Shown here: piece by piece, positions 1-11,316 of the stretch
Numbering within the stretch: the first letter of the stretch is position 1
How the letters are laid out: the number at the start of each line of letters is the position of its first letter
NCBI GenBank assembly: GCA_045660325.1
Contig: JAZRDO010000023.1
Coordinates: 4,897-68,896 of the forward strand
Reading direction: 5' to 3'
DNA: 64,000 nt
DNA from: Eubacteriales bacterium
GTDB taxonomy: Bacteria > Bacillota > Clostridia > Oscillospirales > CAG-272
Notes under the pieces: generated by a model
Database searches by the model: none
Told to the model about the DNA's origin: nothing
Seen by the model: the letters and a program-made list of their open reading frames with translations, nothing else
Translations under genes and position numbers: made by a program

Positions 1-1565
1 ATGAAATCGTCCGCGCCCGCAAGCTTTGCCGCCGCGATACATTCCTCGTCAGTAGCATCAAGCTTACCGTAACGGATATTGTCTATAACGCTACCCGTAA
101 AGAGATTCGTCTCTTGGAGAACTATACCGAGAGAACGACGAAGATCGCTCTTTCTGATCTTATTAATATTGATGCCGTCGTAACGGATCTTACCGTCCGC
201 AATATCGTAGAATCTGTTGATAAGATTGGTGATCGTCGTCTTACCCGCACCTGTCGAGCCGACAAACGCCACCTTCTGACCGGGCTCGGCATAAACCGAT
301 ACGTTCTTTAATACCTGCTTGCCTTCCTCGTAGCCGAAGTCAACGTCAACCATTCTTACGTCACCGCGAAGACGAATATATTCAAGCGTTCCGTCACGGT
401 GAGGATGCTTCCAAGCCCACACGCCCGTGTGATGCTCTACCTCACGAATATTGCCGTCGTCATCGATCTCGGCATTAACGAGGGTTACGTAGCCGTCGTC
501 GGATTCGGGCATCTCATCCATAAGCTTGAAGATTCTATCCGCGCCCGCGAGCGACATAACGATGGAGTTGATCTGCTGGGAGAGAGAGTTTACGTTACCT
601 GTAAACTGCTTTGTCATTCCAAGGAAAGGAACGACTATATCAATCGTAAAGGGCAAGCCTGAAATTGAAAGGTTAGGACAGTTCGTAAGCACGAAAAGAC
701 CGCCCGCCATAGCGCAGATAACGTAGAGAACGTTACCGATATTCATAATGATCGGGCCTAAGCAGTTCGCGTACGCGTGAGCGCGGAAGCTGTCCTCGCA
801 AAGCTGCTCGTTAAGCTTATCAAAGTCCTCCTGACACTTTTCCTCGTGTGTGAACACCTTGATTACTCTCTGTCCGTTCATCATTTCCTGAACAAAGCCC
901 TCGGCTTCCGCTATCGACTTCTGCTGACGGATAAAGAACTTGGCAGAGCCGCCGCCGACCTTCTTTGAAACAAGAACCATAGCGACAACACCCGCAAGTA
1001 TGATAAGAGTCATCCATACGCTATACCACATCATAATGAAGAACACCGTAATTACTATCGTTCCCGCCTGAATAAACGTAGGAAGCGACTGGGATACAAG
1101 CTGACGGAGCGTATCAATATCGTTCGTATAATAGCTCATGATATCGCCGTGCTTGTGGGTGTCAAAGTAGCTTATGGGAAGATTTTGCATCTTCTCAAAC
1201 ATTTTGTGTCTCATCTTGTTTAAGAAGCCCTGTGTAATGTACGCCATAAGCTGCGTATGAATAGTAATAAGAATGATTGCTAAAATATAAAGAGATGCAA
1301 GTGTGATCGTCAAGGGCAAAATACGTTCCTTGGCGGCATCCCACGAGAAGTTACCCGCCTTAACGAAATCGTCGATAACGGCGAAGATTCTCTGCTGGAA
1401 GAGCGCGGGCATAGCGCTTACGCCTGCCGAAAGAAGAATGCAAAGGCAGGTCAGGGGCATAAGCACGGGATAGAAGCTGAAAAGAAGCTTCAATACTCTG
1501 AAGAGCGCGCGAAAATTCATCTTCGGCTTTCCGCCCTTCATTGCGGGAGAAGTATTCTTACTCAT
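1..1565 (-). CDS. ABC exporter subunit (TMD+NBD), second half of a heterodimeric exporter; runs off the left edge
   Basis: Missing from the ORF track because it is truncated. The ATG at 1565 overlaps the upstream stop and reads [28 protein letters not shown]..., then TM segments and Walker [10 protein letters not shown]. Confidence 0.9.
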   Translation of the reverse strand, partial: MSKNTSPAMKGGKPKMNFRALFRVLKLLFSFYPVLMPLTCLCILLSAGVSAMPALFQQRIFAVIDDFVKAGNFSWDAAKERILPLTITLASLYILAIILITIHTQLMAYITQGFLNKMRHKMFEKMQNLPISYFDTHKHGDIMSYYTNDIDTLRQLVSQSLPTFIQAGTIVITVFFIMMWYSVWMTLIILAGVVAMVLVSKKVGGGSAKFFIRQQKSIAEAEGFVQEMMNGQRVIKVFTHEEKCQEDFDKLNEQLCEDSFRAHAYANCLGPIIMNIGNVLYVICAMAGGLFVLTNCPNLSISGLPFTIDIVVPFLGMTKQFTGNVNSLSQQINSIVMSLAGADRIFKLMDEMPESDDGYVTLVNAEIDDDGNIREVEHHTGVWAWKHPHRDGTLEYIRLRGDVRMVDVDFGYEEGKQVLKNVSVYAEPGQKVAFVGSTGAGKTTITNLINRFYDIADGKIRYDGININKIRKSDLRRSLGIVLQETNLFTGSVIDNIRYGKLDATDEECIAAAKLAGADDF

Positions 1566-3324
1566 TGTCCTCGCCTCCCTTCGTCTGCTGTTCATATACC
1601 TCGCGGTAGATATCGCAGCTCACAAGAAGCTCATCGTGAGTTCCTCTTGCTGCAACGCGGCCGTTATCCATAACGAGAATGAGGTCGGCATCCTCAACGG
1701 ATGCAACTCTCTGCGCGATAATAAGCTTTGTTGTCTCGGGAATAAACGTTTTAAAGCCGCCGCGGATAAGCGCGTCGGTCTTAGTGTCGACAGCACTCGT
1801 CGAGTCGTCGAGAATAAGTATCTTCGGCTTTTTGAGGAGCGCGCGGGCAATACAAAGTCTCTGACGCTGACCGCCCGAAACGTTCGTGCCTCCCTGCTCT
1901 ATCTTGGTATCGTATCCCTTTTCAAAGGACATTACGAAATCGTGAGCCTGAGCGAGCTTACAAGCCTCGATGATCTCCTCATCGGTCGCATTCTCGTTAC
2001 CCCACTTAAGATTCTCGCGGATAGTTCCCGAGAAAAGAAGATTCTTCTGAAGCACCATAGCAACCGCATCGCGGAGCACGTCCATATTATAGTCGCGAAC
2101 GTCGATGCCGCCCACCTTAACGGTACCCTCGGTAGCATCGTAAAGACGCGCGATAAGCTGAACGAGCGTGGATTTACTTGCACCCGTGCCGCCCAGGATT
2201 CCGACGGTCATACCCGAATCAATGTGGAGATGCACCTTCTCAAGCGAGAATGCCTCAGCATCGGCGGAATATTTAAAGTTTACGTGTTCAAAGTCAATAG
2301 AGCCGTCCTTGACCTCCATAACCGCGTTCTCGGGATTGGAGAGAGAGGGAGTCTCATCAAGCACCTCAACAACTCTCTTTGCACTCTCTGCTGAGATCGT
2401 AATAATTACGTAGATCATAGAGAGCATCATAAGCTGAATAAGCACCTGCATACCGTAAGTAAGCATTGCGGAGATCGTGGTAACACCCTCGATATCGCCG
2501 TTTGTAATGGCGAGCTTTGCGCCAAGGAAGGTTACGAAGATCATACTGAAGTACGCGCACACCTGCATAAAGGGTGTATTGAGCGCAACGATTCTCTCGG
2601 CTCTCGTGAAATCGGAGCAAATATCGGTTGCCGCTCTCTTGAACTTATTTATCTCGTGATTTTCACGGGAGAAGCCCTTAACCACTCTCATGCCTCTTAC
2701 GTTTTCCTCAACGGACTCGTTGAGCTTATCGTATTTCTTGAACACCTTACGGAACGCGGGCATTGCAAGTCTTGCCACGAGTATAAGTCCGAAGGTCAGG
2801 AAAGGTACGATAACGGCAAAGGTAAGCGCGAGCTTGCCGCCGAGAGCGATTCCCATAATAATTGCGAAAATAAGCATTAAGGGCGCTCTTATCGCCGTAC
2901 GGATTATCATCATGTAGGACATCTGCACGTTTGCCACGTCAGTCGTAAGACGCGTAACGAGAGAGGTCGAAGAAAATTTGTCTATGTTTTCAAAAGAAAA
3001 TGTCTGTATCTTCTCGAAAAGGTCGTGTCTTAAATTCTTAGCAAAGCCCGTGGACGCCTTCGCGCAGGTTCTCGCCGCAATGCCACCGCAGGTAAGCGAT
3101 GCCGCAGCCATAAGAATAAGCAGACCGCCAAGTCCTATAATTTCCCAGATCATTCCCGATGCCGCCTCGGCTCCAAGCTCTGCCGCGGTCGACACCTTAT
3201 CAATGAGGGTCTTAGCCATAAATGGGATAAGCACCTCGATAATTACCTCGAGCACGATGAATACGACCGTCCATATCGACGGCTTCTTGTATTCGCGTAT
3301 GCTCCTTGCAAGCTTCTTAATCAT
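1558..3324 (-). CDS. ABC exporter subunit (TMD+NBD) with degenerate site, TM287-like
   Basis: Walker A variant GGTGASKST, signature VSGGQRQR, Walker B ILDDS (D for E) and switch IIAQR (Q for H). Confidence 0.93.
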   Translation of the reverse strand: MIKKLARSIREYKKPSIWTVVFIVLEVIIEVLIPFMAKTLIDKVSTAAELGAEAASGMIWEIIGLGGLLILMAAASLTCGGIAARTCAKASTGFAKNLRHDLFEKIQTFSFENIDKFSSTSLVTRLTTDVANVQMSYMMIIRTAIRAPLMLIFAIIMGIALGGKLALTFAVIVPFLTFGLILVARLAMPAFRKVFKKYDKLNESVEENVRGMRVVKGFSRENHEINKFKRAATDICSDFTRAERIVALNTPFMQVCAYFSMIFVTFLGAKLAITNGDIEGVTTISAMLTYGMQVLIQLMMLSMIYVIITISAESAKRVVEVLDETPSLSNPENAVMEVKDGSIDFEHVNFKYSADAEAFSLEKVHLHIDSGMTVGILGGTGASKSTLVQLIARLYDATEGTVKVGGIDVRDYNMDVLRDAVAMVLQKNLLFSGTIRENLKWGNENATDEEIIEACKLAQAHDFVMSFEKGYDTKIEQGGTNVSGGQRQRLCIARALLKKPKILILDDSTSAVDTKTDALIRGGFKTFIPETTKLIIAQRVASVEDADLILVMDNGRVAARGTHDELLVSCDIYREVYEQQTKGGEDNE

Positions 3325-3458
3325 ACGCCCGCCAAATCTCCTTAAAATTAATTAATATCTTAACTTATCTATTATATACCCAAACTCAAAAAAATGCAAT
3401 AGTAAATTATAAAAAATCAGCCTCCGCCAAGCCACAAATTTACCGTATGACTCAAAGA

Positions 3459-3487
3459 TTGACAAATGGCATTCATTATGTTATAAT
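3459..3487 (+). promoter_or_regulatory. sigma-A promoter of ktrB-ktrA
   Basis: TTGACA-N17-TATAAT, perfect consensus. Confidence 0.8.
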
Positions 3488-3536
3488 TCAGGTATAATAT
3501 TAAAAAACGGCGTTTGACGCCTCAAAAGAGGTTTTT

Positions 3537-4892
3537 ATGATTAAGCGAAAGAAATTCAAGCTATCGACCTCGCATCTCATTATGCTCAGCTTCTTGGCGG
3601 TAATCCTTGTAGGAACGCTTCTTCTTATGCTTCCTATAAGCGCGAAATCGGGCAAGGCGACCTGCTTTACCGACGCGCTCTTTACCGCGACAACCGCGAC
3701 CTGCGTTACGGGACTCGTAGTGGTTCCCACCTTCTCGCACTGGAGCATATTCGGTCAGATAATCCTGATTTTGCTCATACAGATCGGCGGTCTCGGTGTT
3801 ATAACCGTGATGTCGGGATTTATGATAGCTCTGCAAAAAAGAATAGGTCTTGGCAACCGACTGCTCATTCAGGACGCCTTCAACCTCAATTCCCTCTCGG
3901 GTATTGTAAAATTCGTCAAAAAGGTCATCCTCGGCACGTTTATTATCGAGGGTGTCGGCGCACTCCTCTATATGACGGTCTTTATTCCGAAATACGGTGC
4001 TGTCGGCATCTGGTATGCAATATTCAATTCCATTTCCGCATTTTGCAACGCGGGAATAGATATTTTAGGCGCCGACAGTCTTTCTCCCTTTGCCACAAAT
4101 CCCATAATAAATATCACAACCTGTGCGCTTATTATCATAGGCGGTATCGGTTATATCGTATGGTGGGACGTTTTGAGAATAATAAAGGAAAGACCGAAAA
4201 AGCCCTTCCTTTCCCTCTCACTTCAATCTAAAATTGCGATCGCATCCTCACTTTTTTTGATCATTACGGGTACGGTGCTCGTCTTTGTCCTTGAATTCAA
4301 CAACCCCGAAACTCTCGGAGGCTTAAATCTCTTCGACAAGCTTCAGGCATCCTTCCTCCAGTCGGTTACGACGAGAACGGCGGGCTTCTTTACGATCCCT
4401 CAGGAGAATTTCCGCGAGTCGACCTCTATCGTATCGATCATTCTTATGTTTATCGGCGGATCTCCCGTTGGTACTGCGGGCGGCGTTAAGACGGCAACCG
4501 TAATAATCCTTATAGCATCCGCTATCTCCGCAATACGCAACAAAAACCAGACCGTGCTCTTTGGCAGAAGTATCACGAAGGAATCCTTGGCAAAGGCGCT
4601 CGGCGTAGTGTTTATGTCGGTGTCGATAATTGCAATATCCTCGGTGCTGCTCTCGGCTCTTACGCCCGAGGCGGAGGCAATAAACATTCTCTACGAAACT
4701 GTCAGCGCGACCTCGACCGTAGGTCTTACCCGCGGAGTAACGCCTATACTTTCCGCAGCAGGAAAATATATCGTCGCTATTACAATGTATCTTGGACGAA
4801 TCGGTCCTATTTCCCTTGCTATCGCGTTCAACCTTAAAAATACGGGTAAAAATATCATTTCCCATCCCGCTGAAGAAATCAGCGTAGGATAA
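3537..4892 (+). CDS. ktrB: Trk/Ktr potassium uptake membrane subunit (TrkH/KtrB family)
   Basis: Pore motifs TATCVTGL, SAFCNAG, TTRTAGF, SATSTVGL; also GGSPVGTAGGVK and MYLGRIGP. Confidence 0.93.
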   Translation: MIKRKKFKLSTSHLIMLSFLAVILVGTLLLMLPISAKSGKATCFTDALFTATTATCVTGLVVVPTFSHWSIFGQIILILLIQIGGLGVITVMSGFMIALQKRIGLGNRLLIQDAFNLNSLSGIVKFVKKVILGTFIIEGVGALLYMTVFIPKYGAVGIWYAIFNSISAFCNAGIDILGADSLSPFATNPIINITTCALIIIGGIGYIVWWDVLRIIKERPKKPFLSLSLQSKIAIASSLFLIITGTVLVFVLEFNNPETLGGLNLFDKLQASFLQSVTTRTAGFFTIPQENFRESTSIVSIILMFIGGSPVGTAGGVKTATVIILIASAISAIRNKNQTVLFGRSITKESLAKALGVVFMSVSIIAISSVLLSALTPEAEAINILYETVSATSTVGLTRGVTPILSAAGKYIVAITMYLGRIGPISLAIAFNLKNTGKNIISHPAEEISVG

Positions 4893-4910
4893 TCTATGGG
4901 GGTAAAAGCT

Positions 4911-5576
4911 ATGAAAAAGAAAAACAATCTCAAAAAAACATACGCGATCTTCGGCCTTGGCAGATACGGCAAGGCGGTTGCCGAAACGCTCTATAATAAC
5001 GGCGCGGACGTGCTTGCTATCGACCTTGATCCCGACGTTGTCGAGGAAGCGATGAAGGATATTCCCGTATGCAAGTGCGCGGACGTAACTAATCCCGACG
5101 TGCTCGAGCAGATCGGTATCCACAGCATTGAAACGGTTATTATCGCTATGGCAGACAATTTCCAGGCAAGCGTGCTTGCTACTATGCTCTGTAAGGAGCG
5201 CGGCGTACCCAACGTAATCGTTAAATGCAAGGACGAGATGCATAGAAAGATACTCAAGAGAGTAGGCGCGGACAGAGTCGTATTCCCCGAGAACGATTCG
5301 GGTAAGCGAATGGCTAAAAACCTTTTGAGCTCCGGTTTTGTGGATATGATGGTGCTCTCCGACGATATCTCTATGGTAGAGATCGACGTGCGCGACGAGT
5401 GGGTAGGAAAATCCCTCATTGAGCTCAACCTTCGTAAGAAATACTCGATCAACATTGTCGCTATCCGTAAGGGCGACAACGTAAGCATCGATATCAATCC
5501 TCAGCTGCCGCTTGACGCGGATATGGAGCTTATCATTTTAGCATCTACGGACTCCATAAACAAACTAAACAAATAA
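4911..5576 (+). CDS. ktrA: Trk/Ktr RCK regulatory subunit (TrkA/KtrA family)
   Basis: GLGRYG nucleotide-binding motif, TrkA-N and TrkA-C layout, directly after ktrB. Start taken at ATG 4911. Confidence 0.93.
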   Translation: MKKKNNLKKTYAIFGLGRYGKAVAETLYNNGADVLAIDLDPDVVEEAMKDIPVCKCADVTNPDVLEQIGIHSIETVIIAMADNFQASVLATMLCKERGVPNVIVKCKDEMHRKILKRVGADRVVFPENDSGKRMAKNLLSSGFVDMMVLSDDISMVEIDVRDEWVGKSLIELNLRKKYSINIVAIRKGDNVSIDINPQLPLDADMELIILASTDSINKLNK

Positions 5577-5581
5577 CACTT

Positions 5582-5615
5582 ATGCCCGACTGCATCGCAC
5601 AGTCGGGTATTTTTT
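5582..5615 (+). terminator. intrinsic terminator after ktrA
   Basis: ATGCCCGACTG/CAGTCGGGTAT stem followed by a T-run. Confidence 0.8.
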
Positions 5616-5656
5616 GCTATAAAGCTTGTTTTTATATAATAATTTTTTAAAATCCC

Positions 5657-5685
5657 TTGAAATTTCCAAAAAAATGTTATATAAT
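5657..5685 (+). promoter_or_regulatory. sigma-A promoter of asnS
   Basis: TTGAAA-N17-TATAAT. The short leader leaves no room for a T-box. Confidence 0.6.
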
Positions 5686-5728
5686 AAAGTTTAGAGTTTA
5701 CTTTTTTATCTAAGAAAGGATAAAAATT

Positions 5729-7123
<1,395 letters not shown>

Positions 7124-7127
7124 TTTG

Positions 7128-7366
7128 CTCCCAAAACCTTTCTTGAAAGAAAGGTTCCGGACTCCCAAAACCTTTCTTGAAAGAAAAGTTCTGGGCTCCA
7201 AAGAACTTACTCAAATGTATAATTAAACGGCGGGGTTTATATCTCCGCCGTTTTTTAATATGAAAGATTCCGGACTCCCAAAACCTTTCTTGAAAGAAAG
7301 GTTCTGGACTCCAAAGAACTTACCAAAAGATCAAATAAACGGTGGGGAGTTTTTCCCCGCCGTTTG
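7128..7366 (+). repeat. composite REP-like palindromic repeat cluster, copy 1
   Basis: Three copies of CTCCCAAAACCTTTCTTGAAAGAAA(G/A)GTT (7128, 7162, 7275). Two continue with CTGG(G/A)CTCCAAAGAACTTAC and an AAACGG(C/T)GG...CCGCCGTTT hairpin. The same unit is at 47698-47867 on the minus strand. Confidence 0.9.
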
Positions 7367-7418
7367 CTTTGTTTAAGAAAAATTTTGGTAGTATAAATAC
7401 ACTATGATATAAGCAAAA

Positions 7419-7441
7419 CACCCGCCGAAATCGGCGGGTGT
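7419..7441 (-). terminator. terminator of the S8 protease-lipoprotein unit
   Basis: CACCCGCCGA/TCGGCGGGTG stem with an A-run on its left, which is a T-run on the minus strand. Confidence 0.7.
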
Positions 7442-7455
7442 AAAATTTTATTCAG

Positions 7456-7926
7456 TTAATTGCCCCATTTTGTTTCCGTATAGAAATTGTAGAGCTCCTC
7501 AATCTCGGCATCGTCTAAAATACTGTTTTCATAAGCCTCCGTCAAACTATAAATTTCACCGTTACAATAAACCGTTATATGTTCGCTGCCGAAGGAAAAT
7601 TCATACCCTGCTACTTCCTCGTATGTCATAACGGTTGCCGAAGGTTCCGGATGTCTTATTATCAAGCAATAGGCATCGTCAAATACGCCATAGCAAACAC
7701 CTTCAACATTCTTGGGAAAAATATATAGCATTCTACGGATTCTATAATATTCAAGCTGTATTTCGCTCTTAATTTCATCGGACATTTTTCCCGTTTTATC
7801 TTCAATTTTTTCGGGGTCAGTCCTTAATGTGTAGTTAATATTATCGCAAGATACTAATACTCCCATAAAAGAAATTATTAATATGGCTGCTATTATTAAA
7901 ACAATTGATTTGATATAAGCTTTCAT
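7456..7926 (-). CDS. putative lipoprotein, unknown function
   Basis: Hydrophobic signal ending in an LVSC lipobox-like motif, GGAGG RBS, directly downstream of the S8 gene. Confidence 0.8.
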   Translation of the reverse strand: MKAYIKSIVLIIAAILIISFMGVLVSCDNINYTLRTDPEKIEDKTGKMSDEIKSEIQLEYYRIRRMLYIFPKNVEGVCYGVFDDAYCLIIRHPEPSATVMTYEEVAGYEFSFGSEHITVYCNGEIYSLTEAYENSILDDAEIEELYNFYTETKWGN

Positions 7927-7952
7927 AAATCTTATCCTCCAAACTTAAAGTT

Positions 7953-9710
7953 TTATATAAGCCACGGACGTTTTGCCAACGTTCCCATACCGTTCATATT
8001 GTAATTGCATATTTTACATTTTCCGGTTATTAAATTGAACGTGTGTGCTTCTGAGTATTCGTATGAACAGTGTTGACAGCTTACGCTATGCTGGCGTGAA
8101 TTTATAGAAGAATATTTCCATGTGTGATTTTGTTCAACCATATAATTACATACGGTACACTTATAATTGTGAACACTTGAATTAATATAAGAATAAGAAA
8201 TGGTATGATTTTCTATCGTGTTATATCCGCAGTCTAAGCATATATGCCTATGACTGTTTGAATCAATTGCACTATATGTCATAAAATGCTCTTCATATAT
8301 TTGATATCCGCACTCAGCACAATAACGCCAATGTGTTGTAATAGTGGCGTCGTTGGTATAGAAATATGAATAATCGTGTAGATAATTACTCGTCAGCGCT
8401 TTATAGGCATTTATTCTTCCGCCACTTACACATAAATCTCCAAAAACGTTGTTTCCGTTGTCATCATAAATGACATCTACACTACTCATAATAATAGCTT
8501 TTAATTCTTCAGGAGACAGCTCCGGATGAATTGATAACAATAATGCTGCAACCCCTGCAACGATAGGAGCAGACATTGAAGTACCGTCCAAATATTCATG
8601 GACGTTATTAAATACAGTACTGTGAATACCTACACCTGGTGCGAATATATCAACTGTACTAACTCCATAATTTGAAAAATTGGCTTTTCTGTCATCGTTT
8701 GTTGAGGCTCCAACAGAGATTAAATTTCCAAATCTATTAGAACTTGGATAGAATAATTCAATATCGGTATTTTTATCATCATTACCTGCGGAACAAACAA
8801 ACAATCCATCAAAATTTTCAATTTGAGCTGCCATTGATATCATGGCTGTTGACCAAGTATAATATCCACCCGAAAAATTAAGTATATCAATTCCAATTTC
8901 ACTGGCATATTGTACAGCTGAAACTAATGCCACACCGTCTAAATATGGTCTTCCAGGTATGTCCCCAGGTTGGGAGGCGCGATCTACTCTTAAAGAAATT
9001 AACTCGACATCCCAACAAACACCAGCTACTCCGCCATTGTCTGTTTCCGCACCGATTATACCCGCAACATGCGTGCCGTGATCATATACTAAGCCGCTGG
9101 TTGCTGATGGATAATAAACAAGAAAACTCTTGCTTAGCGTGGTGTTTACTCTGTCAACTAAATCGGGATGAGATGCATCAATTCCCGTGTCTATTATTCC
9201 GACTTGAATAGAAGCGCTTCCAGTTTCTATATCCCATGCTTCAGGTAAATTAATTGTATCAATATACCATTGATCATCAAGAACACCTATATATTCACTT
9301 GGCGTAATATTAACAGGAATTGAACAATTCGGCTCCGCGCTATATATATCATCTCTTTCTTCAAGAATCTTGATTGAATCCAATACGTTTTGCTTTGAAT
9401 GAGTATCAAGGGTTAAATGAAGAATTCTGCAAAGCTTTCCTTCCTCGGGGTCTATGGATAAATCCTCTATTTCAATACATCCGATATTTGAAAAGTCATT
9501 AACAGTATATTCCCTGAAATTGTTTTCGGGTGTCATAACGAGAAGGATATCGTTATCAGTAAAATCATCCTCTAAAGTAGCTTCACAATAGACCTTTTCT
9601 ATCGTGTCCTCGGTCGTGTCTTCCAACGCTATTGCGGTAACACTGAGCGTATAGATTAAAATAGCCGCAACTAAAAAGAATGATAAAAATTTTAAAGTTG
9701 TTTTTTTCAT
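7953..9710 (-). CDS. secreted subtilisin-like S8 serine protease with C-terminal His/Cys repeats
   Basis: Signal peptide and pro-domain; catalytic triad motifs IIDTG, HGTHVAG, GTSMSAP; oxyanion SAGN. Confidence 0.93.
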   Translation of the reverse strand: MKKTTLKFLSFFLVAAILIYTLSVTAIALEDTTEDTIEKVYCEATLEDDFTDNDILLVMTPENNFREYTVNDFSNIGCIEIEDLSIDPEEGKLCRILHLTLDTHSKQNVLDSIKILEERDDIYSAEPNCSIPVNITPSEYIGVLDDQWYIDTINLPEAWDIETGSASIQVGIIDTGIDASHPDLVDRVNTTLSKSFLVYYPSATSGLVYDHGTHVAGIIGAETDNGGVAGVCWDVELISLRVDRASQPGDIPGRPYLDGVALVSAVQYASEIGIDILNFSGGYYTWSTAMISMAAQIENFDGLFVCSAGNDDKNTDIELFYPSSNRFGNLISVGASTNDDRKANFSNYGVSTVDIFAPGVGIHSTVFNNVHEYLDGTSMSAPIVAGVAALLLSIHPELSPEELKAIIMSSVDVIYDDNGNNVFGDLCVSGGRINAYKALTSNYLHDYSYFYTNDATITTHWRYCAECGYQIYEEHFMTYSAIDSNSHRHICLDCGYNTIENHTISYSYINSSVHNYKCTVCNYMVEQNHTWKYSSINSRQHSVSCQHCSYEYSEAHTFNLITGKCKICNYNMNGMGTLAKRPWLI

Positions 9711-9945
9711 ATAGTTCTCCTATTAAATTGTATTGAATCTTGATTTAAGTTTCAAATGATTAAATTAAATATAATCATTAAAGCCGTATCACGCTCGCGA
9801 CCAAATAAAATGCCCGCAAGCAAATCAAATTCCAATACGTAAGGTAGAAACAATATGTAATAAAATAATTGATATTGCCGTCCTTTCGATACAGACCACC
9901 TCCTGATTTAGTTGAATTTGACAAATATTTCTTCTTGTCACTTTA

Positions 9946-9974
9946 ATTATATCATAAAATCAACAAAATGTCAA
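9946..9974 (-). promoter_or_regulatory. sigma-A promoter of the S8 unit
   Basis: Minus strand TTGACA-N17-TATAAT with TG extension. Confidence 0.75.
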
Positions 9975-10055
9975 TAGGCAAAGCTCTCCGAAAAATTCGA
10001 TCGTGAAGCTCCATCCCCTCCGCCGCGCCGTTTGTCGCATTATGTCAAAAAAGTA

Positions 10056-10084
10056 TTGACAAAGGTATGAGCAAGGTTTATAAT
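10056..10084 (+). promoter_or_regulatory. sigma-A promoter of the zinc-ribbon array
   Basis: TTGACA-N17-TATAAT. Confidence 0.8.
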
Positions 10085-10131
10085 TAATATAGATTAATAT
10101 TGGTTAAATACCCAAATTAAGGAGAAACGTT

Positions 10132-10449
10132 ATGAAATACTGTACAAATTGCGGACGTGAAATGCACGACAACGCTCCCGTTTGTCTTAACTGCGGCACG
10201 GTAGTAAACGGTGTGCAGGAAATCAAAAGAAAATCTACCGACAGGCGCAACGGCTGGTTTACCCTCATCGGTGTTTTTTACCCCGAGGTCGCTATCGTCA
10301 TGTACATAGTTTTAAAGTGTACAGGAATGCCCAATAGAGCTCACTCGTTCGGTAAAGGCGCCCTTATCAGTGGAATCATCGGCTCGGTAGTGGTTACTCT
10401 CTACTTGACTTATGCCGCATTATTGGCTTCTTTAGCTATGATACTTTGA
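10132..10449 (+). CDS. zinc-ribbon membrane protein, paralogue 1 (short type)
   Basis: MKYCTNCG-x9-CLNCG followed by hydrophobic segments; AAGGAG RBS. Confidence 0.88.
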   Translation: MKYCTNCGREMHDNAPVCLNCGTVVNGVQEIKRKSTDRRNGWFTLIGVFYPEVAIVMYIVLKCTGMPNRAHSFGKGALISGIIGSVVVTLYLTYAALLASLAMIL

Positions 10450-10468
10450 AATCCAAGGAGAATAAATT

Positions 10469-10948
10469 ATGAAATACTGTACAAATTGCGGACACGAAAT
10501 ACACGACGAGGCAATTATGTGTGTTCACTGCAACACTCCCGTCGAAAAGCCAAAGCCCCAAAAGATCGAGCCCCCCGTAAAGGTTGAAGAGCCCTTCGTT
10601 GAGGGTACACCCAGCAAGGGCTGGATGGTTCTCGGCATATTCCTTCCCGTGGTTGCGCTTATCCTCTTCTTCATTTGCAGAAGAAAGAGACCCCAGCGCG
10701 CAAAGCTCTTAAAGAAGGGTATGATAATCGGCTTCATTATTTACGCGGCGTGTTATCTCTTGAATTTCTTGATGTCGCTCGTTCGCTATGTTATCGGAAT
10801 TGTGTTCTCCACTGCTACAGCAGGAATGACCACAATCCTCGGCGGCGTATTCGACAGCTTCTTTGAGGCTTTATTCGATTCGCTTGAGCAAAGCATCGAG
10901 AGCAATATCCCCGCGGCGTTTATAAACAGCATCGGATTTTTAAGATGA
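10469..10948 (+). CDS. zinc-ribbon membrane protein, paralogue 2 (long type)
   Basis: MKYCTNCG...CVHC, LGIFLPVVALILF segment; AAGGAG RBS. Confidence 0.88.
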   Translation: MKYCTNCGHEIHDEAIMCVHCNTPVEKPKPQKIEPPVKVEEPFVEGTPSKGWMVLGIFLPVVALILFFICRRKRPQRAKLLKKGMIIGFIIYAACYLLNFLMSLVRYVIGIVFSTATAGMTTILGGVFDSFFEALFDSLEQSIESNIPAAFINSIGFLR

Positions 10949-10967
10949 TTTTCGGGAGGATACTTTT

Positions 10968-11288
10968 ATGAAATTCTGTACTAATTGCGGACACGAAATA
11001 CACGACGAGGCTATCGTATGTGTTCATTGCGGTACTGCCGTCAAGACGGCTCCAGCAAACAAGCCCGTTGATGCTCCTAACGGCGGATTTACCGTGCTCG
11101 GTATTTTCGTTCCACAGGTAGCGCTTATCTTCTACATAATTTTCAAATGCAAGGGTATGCCCCTCCGCGCTCACTCCGCGGGTAAGGGCGCACTTATCGG
11201 TGGCATTATCGCATCAGTCAGCTATGCGTTCTATTATATTTACTACTTCGCCTATCTCGCGCTCTACTTCTCTCTCCTGTTCTCCTGA
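10968..11288 (+). CDS. zinc-ribbon membrane protein, paralogue 3 (short type)
   Basis: MKFCTNCG...CVHCG, LGIFVPQVALIFY, GKGALIG; GGAGG RBS. Confidence 0.88.
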   Translation: MKFCTNCGHEIHDEAIVCVHCGTAVKTAPANKPVDAPNGGFTVLGIFVPQVALIFYIIFKCKGMPLRAHSAGKGALIGGIIASVSYAFYYIYYFAYLALYFSLLFS

Positions 11289-11316
11289 ATTTGATAAAGC
11301 TTGAGGAGGTATTCAA

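Noticed and set aside
3330-3536. c-di-AMP (ydaO) riboswitch before ktrB
   Set aside because: The promoter lies about 45 nt from the start codon, leaving no room, and no motif is visible.
7128-7324. CRISPR array (34-bp palindromic repeats)
   Set aside because: The first two repeats abut with no spacer, the intervening sequences are themselves repeated, and no cas genes are present.
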